63,434 bases of DNA, filler included, from Asterionella formosa (GCA_002256025.1; 25 parts of 25 records of this genome joined end to end with filler, not necessarily neighbours in it), one strand, 5' to 3'; positions 11,274 to 23,634 are shown, numbered from the whole stretch's first letter. The notes: a model not told the origin generated them from the letters alone. Made by a program: numbers and translations.

Positions 11274-11715
11274 CTTGTCCGCATCTTTGATACCATCAAG
11301 AGAGCGAAAGCAAGTGGCTCTTTTCATTGTTGTTTGCTCGTAGGAAGGATTTGATATCTGTATCGTCATTTGCTTGTTGGAATTGTCCGTTGCCTCAAAC
11401 TTGCTTGGCGTGTGCGTGCACACACTGTCGACTTGTTTTCAATGGTATGTTGTTCTTTGTATTCACTGTTGAACTTGTCCGCATCTTCTTTACCATCAAT
11501 AGAGCGACAAGTGGGTCTCTTCATTGTTGTTTGCTCCTGAAAAAGTCGGTGTCCGTGTCCGTGTCCGTGTCCGTGTCATCCTCATCAATAGAGAGACAAG
11601 TTCTTTCGTTGGAAAAATTGGTACCGTATCATCATTCGCTCGTTCGAACCACTGTCCATTGCCTCAAACCTGATTAGCGTTTGAGTACCAGTACCCGGTA
11701 TGTGCACTGTCGACT
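11274..11715. repeat. Diverged ~200-bp tandem duplication
   Basis: CTTGTCCGCATCTT...CCATCAA-AGAGCGA...TTCATTGTTGTTTGCTC recurs at 11274 and 11474; TGTCC-TTGCCTCAAAC and CACTGTCGACTT also recur. Confidence 0.7.
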
Positions 11716-12276
11716 TTAGTACATTACAGGCGGAGTGACTTCACTACTAAATTGCGTGATATAATAATATACCTTGTAGCACGATGCAGAATACAGTTGC
11801 TTCCCAATCATCTCATCATGATTGATAAGATGATACTGTGATATCATGATAAGGTTACATCGATGCATACATCACCAAAGTATGATACGTAATAGCTATG
11901 ATACATTGATCCTAAAATTATGATGATTTTATGTAATGTATATGATATAATATTGATCAAAATATGATCATGTAAAAATAGTACAATGACAATAAAATAC
12001 GATAAAATATGTATGCAAATGTTACCAGGACATCATAGAAAATAAATTAAGCAATCATAAAGTATGTTAATTAATATATGTGTTTGTTGTTTAATGTATA
12101 CACTTAAAGTCAACACTTAATATGATAGTATTATACAGTGGATAGGATCTAAGTATACGGATGCATTGATATGTACATCACTATAATATGATTTGTGATA
12201 TGGACTGATGCATATCACATACAGGTATCCTCAACAACCAGCCATCACGTTCATTGTTGTGTCGTCTTTCCTTGTT

Positions 12277-12495
12277 TTAGCTATATATATGCTCAGATCC
12301 GTTCCATTGCAAATCTTCCTTCAATAGGTCAAACTCGTCATCCTTGAGCATTTGCCTTCCAGTGGCATCGTAGGACTGAAGCGCGTCCAGAAAGATACGC
12401 TCCTTTTCGGCTACTGTGAGACGAATGAGTTCCCCACTTTCCGGATCGACGACACAGTATTCCTCGTCAGGACCACTTTCGTTTTTGCTTGATTC
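12277..12495 (-). pseudogene. PGRL1: PGRL1 (PGR5-like 1) exon fragment with early stop
   Basis: Manual translation ESSKNESGPDEEYCVVDPESGELIRLTVAEKERIFLDALQSYDATGRQMLKDDEFDLLKEDLQWNGSEHIYS* resembles the PGRL1 FL-x-ALQS...EFD-x-LKE-x-L-x-W-x-GS repeat. Preceded by a pyrimidine tract and TAG. Confidence 0.8.
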
Positions 12496-12883
12496 CTATG
12501 GGGAAAGATGGAAGTAAGAATTTTTATTTACTCATAAATAGTTACTAACAAAATGGTTATTTGTTTTTAATCAAGTACAGCCATTTGCAAATAACCGGTC
12601 GATGGTGTCGTTTCTTTTGCTCCATCGACCGAGTCGGACAGAAGTGTCATGTTTATGTCAGTTCTTGTCACATCTCTTCGTTCCAACTCCTCTTATTCGA
12701 AACCGTTTGATACAGCGGGATACAACCTTCCTCGCTGTTTCCCAAGTCCAATGGTACCACCAGAATGCAGCAAAGTTTTCTTCNNNNNNNNNNNNNNNNN
12801 NNNNNNNNNNNNNNNNNNNNNNNNNNNTTAATTAATTAANNNNNNNNNNNNNNNNNNNNNNNNNNNNNNNNNNNNNNNNNNNN

Positions 12884-13373
12884 CATAGGCGCTTGTTACC
12901 CAAATGTCGAATCTGATGCGTGCCTTGCATTCCTGCCAGACCCGAACCACTTTCGTCACATGGTCAACAATCGTCGATGCACGACAGAGGTAAGAGAGGC
13001 GTTCCCAGAATATAGTGAGACTGCCCTCTTCCCCCCAAACACACAACTGGACTTGGTCATTTCGGAATGCATCCTGTCGTATGAGCCGCGCCGGGAGCCG
13101 TGTTGGAAACTCCCCATGTGGTCCCCTGTTCTCCCCTACTCTCTGGTCACCACCCTGTGGTCTTCCCATGCTTCTCTCTCCTCCAGGTTCCTGTTCCTCC
13201 TCTCCTTGTGTCCCCCCTTGGAAAGGGCCCACAAACGCTGTTCTGGCAGAATCTCCAGTCTCCTGCACAAATTCAGCTGTCCCAATTTCTTGGTTCAGCC
13301 CCCGAGGAGCTGCGGGTGGAACGACACTCCGTCGATTCCTATAATTTGTCGAAGCACATGTTTGTTTCGGCAC
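12884..13373 (-). CDS. Unknown ORF in a GC-rich segment, possibly ORF1 of a non-LTR retroelement (partial)
   Basis: Open to the contig edge and preceded by a structured GC-rich leader, an A-rich tract and tandem repeats. No diagnostic motif recognised. Confidence 0.3.
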
Positions 13374-13861
13374 TTTTTTGGTCTCCCCGTGCCCGGAACC
13401 GCATCTCGACCTGCCAGGCTTAGAGAGAGGTCCCGCGAGTAGTCACGATAGTGAATACTCGGGTGGGAGTGGGGTAGGAGACAGAACTCCAGTGCATGCC
13501 ACCCATAGCATCAAGAATCCTATCCCCTCCCCGTTGTTCGGTGGGGGAGGTAGTGGCAATCACTTCACTGTTGAGCACAAAACAGTACTAAGTTGTGTTG
13601 CTACTTGCCATTTCCCTCCCAGGGCCGGGTTCCTTTTTCTTCCCCTTTTTTTTTATTTTATTTATTTTTATTTTCTATGCTATTTTTTCAATTTTTCTTT
13701 TCTTTTTTCCTATTTTTTTTATAACTCTTTTCGCACCCATTGTTGTTGGTGGTGCATTCGTACCCAATCTTCTTCGCCCCAAGCTAAGCTTCCACCTAGT
13801 TTAACCACATTTCGGTGAGTGGATAGACATTGGTCACCTTGTGTGGACAAAATACATAGAT

Positions 13862-14033
13862 TCCGCCAGCACATCAAGGGAGAGGGCCCCTCAACTACGG
13901 CCAAGTTTCCATCCCGTGAGGGGTCCGCCAGCACATCAAGGGAGAGGGCCCCTCAACTACGGCCAAGTTTCCATCCCGTGAGGGGAGGGAGAGGGCCCCT
14001 CAACTACGGCCAAGTTTCCATCCCGTGAGGGGG
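13862..14033. repeat. 62-bp GC-rich tandem repeat (2 full + 1 partial)
   Basis: TCCGCCAGCACATCAAGGGAGAGGGCCCCTCAACTACGGCCAAGTTTCCATCCCGTGAGGGG at 13862 and 13924; partial copy from about 13987. Confidence 0.95.
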
Positions 14034-15383
14034 CAACATCCGTGCCTCCTTCCACAGGCCTACTGATGGCACATCCCCTGCCCTCCTGGCCAGGGGAGGG
14101 GTTGCTGCACATGAAGAAACCCGGATTTATTCCTGTAATAGAATTACGGCCAAGTTGAAGTATGGCCAAGTAGTTTCCATCTTTGTGGTTGATTGTTGTG
14201 TATTGTCTTACCAGGATTGTGCACATGAAAAAACCCGGATTTCGATGTTTGATAGACATAATTTTCCTTCATGTGTTTTTATAGTACTGAAGGAGAAGCA
14301 CAACAGGGTGGGCGTTTCTTTTATTTAAGCTTTTTACTTAATTAAGAACAATATAGGAAATATAAGGGGGGGTAACAAGCGAAACGAAATACCNNNNNNN
14401 NNNNNNNNNNNNNNNNNNNNNNNNNNNNNNNNNNNNNTTAATTAATTAANNNNNNNNNNNNNNNNNNNNNNNNNNNNNNNNNNNNNNNNNNNNTCTACTG
14501 AATTATTGAACGACTATGCGAATCTTTATGTGCCAGTTGTTCAATTATTCATTATAAATACAGTAGCAGCTGGCAGCATGACAAACAGCACGCCAAGGCA
14601 CACAAAAAACTCATGATTTACGGAGCCCTGTTATCATATGACATTAACACAGAATCAGAAAGCATCAATACTCAATCCTGGATTTCATCCGAATGCTCCT
14701 GAATTGAAAGGGTTTGCTGCAATGTCAATTGAATCCTTGACTCAAATAAAAGAACTCTGCAATACAGTTGAATGGTGAGTGTGTTCTTGTTGTTTACCTA
14801 AATGCTAGTATGGCTTGTCAGCTCACGCATTGTTGTTGACAACAGGCAGGGACAATGAGGTCCGGAATGAACTGTGTGTTGCTTTCTGCTGTTGCCAGTT
14901 CTATCATATACATTACTGACACACTGTTGATATGAAAATCTCTGCAGGTCAATGAAGAAGTCATTTCAAGTACAAGAAGGAAATCAGTGTGTGAGGATGC
15001 ATTCATGTTGCAACTTCGTAGAATTATGCCTGTTCAAGAGTGAATAATTTCCCCCTTCTGAATTAATGGCTTCTCCTCGTCTTGCAATGTCCTTACAGAT
15101 GTCTCATAATGCCTGCCTTCTCAAGACTGAAGATTCCATTCTGATAGAACAGCTTTGTTTGATTGCATATCGAGATTTGTTTCCCATGTAATGTGAAATA
15201 CCGGTTGTTGAATGAGTAATCAACATTATTTGATAGTACTTTTAAATTACGTAAAAAAATTAATACATTATGTGAACTATATTATAGAATTACGTGAACA
15301 AAAATTTAAGGCAATGTGAACTGAATTACAGAATTAATTGAAGTATTTCAAATAATTATGTGAAGTATTTCAAATAATTATGT

Positions 15384-15582
15384 GAAGGTGATCACGTAAT
15401 ATAGTGATGATCAGGAATGCATGCATGATACTCTGATCAAATAATGAACGTGATGTATTCAGATAATATATAGATATATTCAAGTAAGCATTTTGATGTA
15501 TTCAACTAATTCATGTGATCCATTCAAAATCAACTAGGCTTATTTACGTGATGGTCACTTCACGTAATACGCGGCTTAGATG
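15384..15582. mobile_element. Terminus of a dispersed repeat/MITE-like family ending ...GCGGCTTAGATG
   Basis: Homologous copies at 21717-21913 and 31270-31397 end at the same base with different flanks. Confidence 0.75.
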
Positions 15583-16002
15583 TTCTATGCTGAATGTCAA
15601 TGGTAGATGTAGTATCGGTCATGTGAAAATTGAAAATGTCAACGAGAACAAGTAGAATGTGTTTGTCTACGGGTTGATTGGCGATATGAAATGCCTCAAA
15701 CTCGTCGATGACACCAACAGTTACATTGCACTTTCCTGAAAGAACAAGATCGTAACCCCACCCTATTCTGTTGTCTTCAGTTATCAAGCTTAGCCAACAA
15801 AGCCAAGTGGGTATTGTGAAAACGGAAAACAGAATGTCGGCATAATCCGATCGATGACTAGTGCAGACGCTTCTTCTATGCATTACAGGATAGTGCCACT
15901 GATTAAAGGAAGCGGAGGCCATACCATATCCGGAAATTCTCATCAGATTCAAAAATTGGGTGAAGTGAACTTTACTGACATCAATATCATCAATTAAAAC
16001 GG
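15560..16002 (-). CDS. DUF707-like (glycosyltransferase-like) protein C-terminal part (5' partial)
   Basis: LIDDID...W-x-CW...IGWGYD...C-x-x-x-VGVID-x-x-x-x-x-H pattern. Stop lies inside the adjacent repeat terminus. Confidence 0.55.
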
Positions 16003-16254
16003 NNNNNNNNNNNNNNNNNNNNNNNNNNNNNNNNNNNNNNNNNNNNTTAATTAATTAANNNNNNNNNNNNNNNNNNNNNNNNNNNNNNNNNNNNNNNNNN
16101 NNTAAATTATCGTTCTTCTATATCAACTTAATCTAATCACTCTTTTAACAAACACACCTTCCAATCTCCTTTTGAGCGTGTCAGGTTAGTTATCGGACTC
16201 CCCTCCTCCCTCGTCTCCTTGTTCATCGACCTTGTCGATCTCTCTCGTCCCTCC

Positions 16255-16529
16255 TTCACTGCAATAGATACCAATGGTAGGTTGCTTGTACGACAACGTG
16301 GCATTGCGTACGTTTCATCACGTAATGAATTTCAATTGATTGAATGACTGCTGATTGTTGTAGTATGATGACAAACAATACATAAATATATGGATGTATA
16401 TATATATTTTAAAATATTCTCTTTGATGATAATTATTATACATATTAGATGATATATTGAAATTGTATGATCAAATGATCGTCATTATAAGATAAATCAC
16501 ACAAATAAGATGCTTTATAGTTGCAGACA
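16255..16529 (+). mobile_element. Deleted remnant of the TA-TIR element abutting Copia pol
   Basis: CAATAGATACCAATG...ATTGCGTAC matches 34540-34655. 16444-16529 matches the 35299-35383 end (TTGCAGACA). Confidence 0.6.
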
Positions 16530-17504
16530 AAGTGGATAACAAAGTGAATGATCAATTTTTGGAATGGCTCAAAAAGAAATACGCTTCTGACGAAATTGGT
16601 GAAGTCAAGGTCATGTGTGGAAATAAGCATGATTATTTGGCTATGACACTAGATTAATCTCTTCCAGGAGTGTTGAGAGTGGATATGACTTACTACATGA
16701 AATGAATGATAGACAAGACAATTTCCTAGATAGACTTGAAGGTGTCGAAAAATTTCCTTGGACAGACAAACTATTCACTGTCGATTCCAAATCGAAGAAA
16801 TTCGAATGTGATTGTAAGGCAAAAATCTTCCATGCTTTTGTTATGAATGTTATGAAAGGAATGTTTTTTTGTCAGCGAGGACGACAGAACATTCAGCCAG
16901 GAATCATGTTTCTGGCAACCCAAAGTATTGAGCATAACAGAGGCAATTGGGAAAAATTTATCAAGATTATGAATTTCTTGAAAGCAACTCAAAATGAGGT
17001 TGCATCTATGAGTGCTAATAACACCCAAGTATTAAGTGGCATGTTGATGCGGCATTTGCAGTCCACAAGAATAATGAGAGTCACACTGGAGCTATTTTTT
17101 CACTTGGAAAAGGCATTATTTGTTCTGTGTCTACCAAACAGAAAGTTGACACAAGAAGTTCGACTGAAGTGGAATTGGTCAGTGTCAACAAGATCATATC
17201 GAAGGTGTTGTGGACAAAACTGTTCATCGAAGTGCAAGGACATGAAGTGACCACAAATGTGACCTATCATGACAACACTAGCTCAATGAAGCTAGAAGAG
17301 AATGGAAAAGCAAGTTCAGGAAAACGCATGCACCAACATTTCAACATTAGGTATTTTTGCCTCACTGATCTAATCGAAAGAAGGCAAAAAGTACAGATGA
17401 TGGAGTACTGTTCAATGAATGCAATGATTGCAGATTACATGACAAAACCATTGGTATGTACGAAAATTATGCATTTTCGTGCACAAATTATGAACTCAAA
17501 GTGA
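16530..17504 (+). pseudogene. pol: Degenerate Copia pol (RT C-terminus + RNase H)
   Basis: VNDQFLEWL, W-H-VDAAFAVH, STKQKVDTRSSTEVELV, DNTSSMKLEENGKASSGKR, MIADYMTKPL; several frameshifts. Confidence 0.9.
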
Positions 17505-17515
17505 GCATCGTTGTC

Positions 17516-17611
17516 CAGCAGGAGTGAGTTGGAGAAGTTATTTTAGGAGACATCCCGGTATGAAAATTATCTATCACATACCGGCATAAAAATATTGAAT
17601 TAAATTTATCA
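17516..17611 (+). mobile_element. Purine-rich tract and probable start of the 3' LTR of the Copia element
   Basis: AGCAGGAGTG-AGTTGGAG immediately after the pol stop; a mutated TGTTGG LTR start is inferred. Confidence 0.5.
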
Positions 17612-17713
17612 NNNNNNNNNNNNNNNNNNNNNNNNNNNNNNNNNNNNNNNNNNNNTTAATTAATTAANNNNNNNNNNNNNNNNNNNNNNNNNNNNNNNNN
17701 NNNNNNNNNNNAG

Positions 17714-18368
17714 CAAGTAATTCCTTCTCATTGTTATTATAATTAGGAAATCAAAATGGATAAAACAGAATCGGATCAAAAGGAAATGGGATTTGCAGCA
17801 TGTAGTCAGACAAGTTTCAGAATCAGAGTGGAAGGGACAAGGTGGGAGGTATGCATCAAAAGATTTGAAGGCAGGAGGCAATGCATCCTCAAGAGCATTG
17901 AAGGGAAGCGGGAGGCATGTATCAAGAGCATTGAAGGGAGGTGGGGGAGGCATACATCCTCACAAGCATTGAAGAAGGGAGGCGGGAGGCATGCATCAAG
18001 AGCATTGAGACAATAGAAAAGGGGAACATTGGCTGTTTAAGCAACTGTACAAAATGTAGAAACATAAAAATGACTTCGTGATACAACAGTAAAATTACAA
18101 TCCATTTCAACCTATTTTTAACAGCTATTTCGATTAGAGTTACCATCATATAAGGCAGGATAGGTATGTGGTAAAAGAATAGACATCATAGGATAATGTT
18201 TTGATAATTATCTGGTAGTTTGATTATACAAGTAAGCTTAGCATGTTCACTTTCATAGTATGCATTTATCATACATATAACAAAATATTTATCATGCATA
18301 GAAAAATTCTGTGCCAGTTATTGTATGATACCCCTGATCTTATAAGTACGATATTGTTTTTGCAGATG
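17714..18368 (-). mobile_element. Second copy of the left arm of the TA-TIR element, with ~33-bp internal tandem repeats
   Basis: Reverse complement of about 32515-33208; GCATCAAGAGCATTGAAGGGAGGCGGGAGGCAT units at 17845-18010; ends TTTTGCAGATG. Confidence 0.85.
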
Positions 18369-18769
18369 TGGCCTACTAATCCATCAGAGTGTCAAAGTGC
18401 CCCAGAACATAGTAGAATAGCTAAACATTTTTTCCTACAGCTTGCCATCATTCACCCTGCTTATGAGGTCACAGACACTACTAAACGCACCACCATTGTC
18501 AATCAATTGATTGATTCAGCATTGCTAGTGGTTTTTTCGTTTTTCATTGTGCTCGAGGGTTATGTCAATGGCCGATTTTTCCAAAATAAGCAAGGAGTTA
18601 CATAAAGTACCATAGGTATTTGTTGAGAGACTCCACTAAAATTTCGGTGAAACTCGAAAAAGAAGTTTTACCTATAGGAAAAAGGACTAAAACAACCCAG
18701 AAAATAGAAACATTTAACTACATATGGCGAAGGATGCATGTGGTACACAAACTTTGCAAAAGAATACGA

Positions 18770-18900
18770 ACTTCTCAGAAGTACGCGAACCTCGCAGACA
18801 AACATGCGACCACAGATTCGCATGATATCATGAAAATAAACAGCGTGGTCTGTGCATGATACACATTTGGAATTTTTCAAATAACGAGGAAGTAAGGAGT
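18770..18900. repeat. Dispersed repeat family, also at ~53095-53245 and ~53420-53577
   Basis: Shared AGAAGTACGCGAAC...GTCTGTGCATGATACACA...GGAATTTT...GAGGAAGTA(C/A)GG. Confidence 0.7.
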
Positions 18901-19079
18901 TTCTGTTCGTACCGGGTACCGGTTACTCCGATACTGTCTGTACCAGAACGTACATAAATGTGTTATTACCAGTAGGTATACCCCTTAGTTTCTGTTCGTA
19001 CCGGGTACCGGTTACTCCGATACTGTCTGTGCCAGAACGTACATAAATGTGTTATTACCAGTAGGTATACCCCTTAGTT
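18898..19079. repeat. 89-bp tandem duplication
   Basis: Units start at 18898 and 18987; one mismatch seen. Confidence 0.95.
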
Positions 19080-19321
19080 CTTCCGAAGTTAACTACCGGT
19101 ACCGGTAATCTAAATCCCCAGTTTCTCTGTCAAACAACATCTGTCGGTCCGTTTGCAAGTGCTCGTTCCTCCTTCCGCCCTGATAGTTTCCCGTCCATCC
19201 CAATATACTTACCTTACTGCNNNNNNNNNNNNNNNNNNNNNNNNNNNNNNNNNNNNNNNNNNNNTTAATTAATTAANNNNNNNNNNNNNNNNNNNNNNNN
19301 NNNNNNNNNNNNNNNNNNNNG

Positions 19322-20137
19322 TCACTCAAGACTGCAATGTTATATGTTGAGGATGCAGATGCCCAGCTAGCAATTGCCCACATACACAACAATCATTTAA
19401 ACAAAGTGCGTACATTCAAGTCTATATTTGTCAAGGTGACTACAGCTACACTAGTATTAAACCTACCATCGGTGGTTTTTCAGTGCGAAATTTCGGAGCT
19501 TTCTACAAGGTATGTACATGATCGATTGAATGTCCCAAGGTCACACCCAAGCTCCTTCAGTCCTGCGCACATCTGTACCCTTGCTATGAGCTACGTACGG
19601 CCGCAGAATGCCAATGAACAGCTCGAGTTATTTTTGAACGAGCTAGCTACCCCTCGTGCAGAAAAATTACGCAGCCTGATCAACATTGTGGTACATGCAC
19701 GAGTTATGAAGAATGAAGAAAATCGGATGTATTCTAATGCTATTGCTGCTACTACAAGTTATCAAGATTCAACAAAGGAAAACGGTTCTACTAACACAGT
19801 TTATGCAATTGGAATAACGGATGCTGCTACCATGCCCACAGCACCAAAGAAAAACCGGAAAAGTGGGTCCATAGAATTTGACGAGATTTTTGAGGTTGCA
19901 AAAACGAAAAATTCTCATGAGAAGCTTGAGTTGATCTTGAATCTTGCAAGAAAAATGGAGCGTCTCCTCCACTCAGATGTCACTGAAAGGATGCGACTCT
20001 TTGATGTAAAATTCATCAAGCCGATCATCGCATGCTTCCTGAATCATTGCGACAGCAACAAAGACACTTTCCACAGTCTCCATCCCCAGTTCCTCCACTC
20101 AAAATTCTCCAAAGGTTGCGGATGTAGCAAAGGTTGA
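19322..20137 (+). CDS. Hypothetical protein C-terminus (5' partial), possibly TE-derived
   Basis: Frame open from contig start; Cys/His-containing tail PIIACFLNHC...FSKGCGC. No family recognised. Confidence 0.55.
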   Translation, partial: SLKTAMLYVEDADAQLAIAHIHNNHLNKVRTFKSIFVKVTTATLVLNLPSVVFQCEISELSTRYVHDRLNVPRSHPSSFSPAHICTLAMSYVRPQNANEQLELFLNELATPRAEKLRSLINIVVHARVMKNEENRMYSNAIAATTSYQDSTKENGSTNTVYAIGITDAATMPTAPKKNRKSGSIEFDEIFEVAKTKNSHEKLELILNLARKMERLLHSDVTERMRLFDVKFIKPIIACFLNHCDSNKDTFHSLHPQFLHSKFSKGCGCSKG

Positions 20138-20449
20138 TTGTAGAGTAAATTGGTTAGTAAAACAAAAGAAATTGCATGTTAGCGATAGCAAGAACCAGTG
20201 ACCGCTTTCAATCATCACATTTGGTGAGTTTGCTGTTTATTTGCATTTCTGTGTGGTGATGTGCAAGATGCAACGTTGGAGATGAATATTGAAAAGGTGT
20301 GTTAAAGTGAGCTCATCTACGTAGTTAGGACTCGGAGTCAAACGAGTCAAACGATTCGAATGAGTCCACTTTGATGTACCAAGCTCTCATCAACCACACA
20401 TTATACTTTGCTACTCCGACTATAATGAGCCGGACAACATAAGCTATTT

Positions 20450-20829
20450 CGGAAGACCGATAGTTTGAAATGAATGATCATGGTTAAATACCTATGATCA
20501 GTAAGTGTGAGATAGACATGGGTCTATCTATGATTGTATGTTCCTAGAAATGCAAACAGCATTTGGAGAATAGTTCGTTTGTTTTGTTCAAACAGAACAA
20601 CCTAAACTAGATTAGTAAACTCACAATAAGAATATAGAAACGGAAAGAGAAACGAACGTCTCTATCTATAGTCTTCTTTGTCTAACGATATAGATCTATA
20701 CAAAAAGGTAATACTTTAACACGTTTATAAACGGACTTAAGTGTTTTAACATGTCTACAGAAATGTCTGAAGAGAGCATGAGGCTCATCAAGTTTGATGG
20801 CAACGAAACGAACTGGTACCAGTGGAGCG
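20450..20829 (+). mobile_element. Second Copia family: 5' LTR (ending about 20721; left edge uncertain) and gag start at 20751
   Basis: MSTEMSEESMRLIKFDGNETNWYQWS is homologous to the Gag at 6024, with the same TTTAACA-CGTTT junction 29 nt upstream of the ATG. Confidence 0.75.
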
Positions 20830-21029
20830 NNNNNNNNNNNNNNNNNNNNNNNNNNNNNNNNNNNNNNNNNNNNTTAATTAATTAANNNNNNNNNNNNNNN
20901 NNNNNNNNNNNNNNNNNNNNNNNNNNNNNCTTCTCAGTTTCACGGCTAACGTGCAGGATCTGATCATACACATTGACAAAAGCTTTCATGCCATTGCGAC
21001 TGTAACAAAGAAAGCTTGCTACTTCAGCA

Positions 21030-21390
21030 TACTATCACTGTATAGTTGCTGAGCATTTGAAGCATTCGATGCATTCTTGACAACACTTAGCAGTTGCTGA
21101 GCATTTGAAGCGTTCAATGCGTTATTGATATCATTGTATAGTTGCTGTGCGCTCAATGCATTTGATGGTTTCTTGATCATAATATCACTTTTATAGTGAC
21201 AAGCATTCGATGCGTTCGATGGGTTATTGATAGCACTGTATACTTGCTGAGCATTGCTTCAATGCCTTCTTGATCTCGATGTTACTGTATAGTCGCTCAG
21301 TATTCGAAGCATTCTCAATCTCGATATAACGACTGTATAGTTGCTGATGCATTTGACACATTCTCAATATCACTGTATAGGCGCTGTGCC
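21030..21390. repeat. Degenerate tandem repeats (ATCACTGTATAGTTGCTGAGCATTTGA...)
   Basis: At least 6 diverged units of the CTGTATAGTTGCTG / GCATTCGATGC cores. Confidence 0.7.
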
Positions 21391-21716
21391 ATTGCTGAGC
21401 ATCCTCCTGACACAAATGAGGAGGCTCCTCATCAGGGACAATGAGAGGATGAACCATGATTGGAGTGAAGTATGCAATGTGGTAGTGGTCCAGCATTGAG
21501 CATTTATATGCATTTAAGACCACTATGATGCTGTAAATCGACGCTGGCAAGGTATTATATGAATATTCTCAAACGTATATATTGTATTGGGGTAGGCTAA
21601 GATTCCTTTTAAAAATAAATCATTCTTTTACATGATGACGCGTTTTCAGAACCTTTTATCAGGACTTGAACTAGTTCTAGATTACAGAATTCAGAGAAGG
21701 ATATCAAATAATAACT

Positions 21717-21913
21717 TGAAGATGATCACGTAATATAGTGATAATCAGGAATGCTTTCATGACACTCTGCCTGATAAAATAATTAACCTGTTGTATTCAG
21801 ATAAAATAGATGATGTATTCAATTACGAATTTTGATGTATTCAACTAATTCATGTGAGCCATTCAAAATTAACTAGGCTAATTTACGACTTAACATAACA
21901 TGCAGCTTAGATG
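21717..21913. mobile_element. Copy of the ...GCTTAGATG terminal repeat family
   Basis: Matches 15384-15582. Confidence 0.75.
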
Positions 21914-22464
21914 TGCAACAGTCAGAACAGACAACAATACTGGTACCGGTACCAGTATGGTGCCAAAGATGGATTTGAGCCACTAAACAATATAATATTT
22001 ACTGCTGTGTATACATAGATTTTTCTAATTTTCCAGTTATGATTTTTTTCAGTATGACAACGTTGTTTTCTGATATTGCACCAGATACAAAATATCTTGC
22101 TGTTGATTAGGTCTTGTGTTTCAGATAATCAGATAAATGTGTCAGGGAGTAGCGTGCAATTGGACCGAAAGTGGCAAAAACAATGTCATACCATTGAGCC
22201 AGCATTTCCCAGAAATACACCTACACATTTTTCTAGGAAACTCAATATCTTATATATGTTGATTTGCTTCTAACTGCCATGGACCATGTACTATAGCAAT
22301 AAATGAATCAATTAGCTAGTCACTCTTAGTAAATGAATGCAATATTTCTTGAAGGCCAAAAAATGGAGCCATATTATTATGTCAGAGACTGTAATTCACA
22401 TCAGAGATTGCTTCCGATGCACTACAAAATGAAGCAAATCACGATCATCATTCTTATCATTCCA

Positions 22465-22735
22465 ATTTGCTGTTTCATTTCCGGGTTGTGGGCAAAAAGT
22501 GACGGTCGCTTGGTATCAAAACACGGTATTAGTGATGGTAAGAACTTGATGGTTTCAATTTTGCATCATTGATACAAAACTGATACCATTTTTGCCCCCT
22601 CCAAAAATGGTATCAGTGATACTGACGTTTTCACGTGGATTCATTTCCGTTCTCACAAAGGGTCGTTCTTATCATTTTCGATTTGGTATCATGCAACGGC
22701 TACTCGATTTAAACCGAAAAAATCCATTCTCGACA
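22465..22735 (+). mobile_element. Harbinger subterminal remnant interrupted by another Harbinger TIR at 22660
   Basis: 22465-22656 matches 61988-62176; GGGTCGTTCTTATCATT at 22660 followed by sequence like 9665-9765. Confidence 0.75.
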
Positions 22736-23634
22736 AAAATAATAATAAAATTGCATCACCAAAAAGTACTCCAGTATTGATCTGCTAATTAAATTTACCA
22801 GCCTAGGCAAGTGATGGACAAATATACAATAAACACATTCTTTATACCGGAATGCTCCGGTAAATTGATATAGTAACATATGAATGAAAAGGAAGATTAC
22901 AACACGTCGCAAACTGTTTACCGGTATTCACATTTATGTATGTATGTTTACTTGGAGTACATCATAAGCCCTTCGCCGGCTGAGCACGCGATCGTGCCAA
23001 TTTAGCAATACACCGAAATAAGCAATCATGGGTGTGATGCACTCCAACGTACTATACCGGTAACCGGCATGTAGTCTCCATTGTTTCGCATAAAAGGTGT
23101 ACCTGGTACCGTAGAGTTGTGCGTGTGCGTCGTATATATTTCATTTATTTATGGCTGGATGATTATATATAATTGATAACGCGGTAACTCACATCATTGG
23201 CTATATCAAATTTGTATCGTATTGGAGGGGTCTCTAGTAAACCTGGATACCAGGGAACGGAATGATGTCTCGATATGATACCCTTTTTGTAGTCCAAGCC
23301 GCTCAAGGTTCATTAAATGTATAAGCAGGTCCATTTCTAATCCACGTCGTCATTCATTGAGTCATTCTTGGTCTGAAAAACAAACATTACAAAACGCTAT
23401 CATATTTCTCCATATGTAAAATACCTGTACATTTGTTGATCATTCAATTAAGAGCTTACAGTTTTTGACCAGGCGAAAAGGTGGTCATTGAATGCGAAGG
23501 CAGAGTGGCAGAATCAGTCTCGATAATAAACAGACAAGTGAGAGCTCAGAACAAGAAGAAATAAGGTATCCGTGCTGATCGATCGATTCATTGGTTCCTT
23601 TATTCGTTTCCTCCATCGTTTCGCGCAATTTGCA

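Noticed and set aside
13862..14033. Possible CRISPR array
   Set aside because: Head-to-tail identical units without spacers.
14494..15200. Decayed coding-like sequence, faintly EME1/ERCC4-like (DAFMLQLRRI)
   Set aside because: Too many stops and too little motif support to call.
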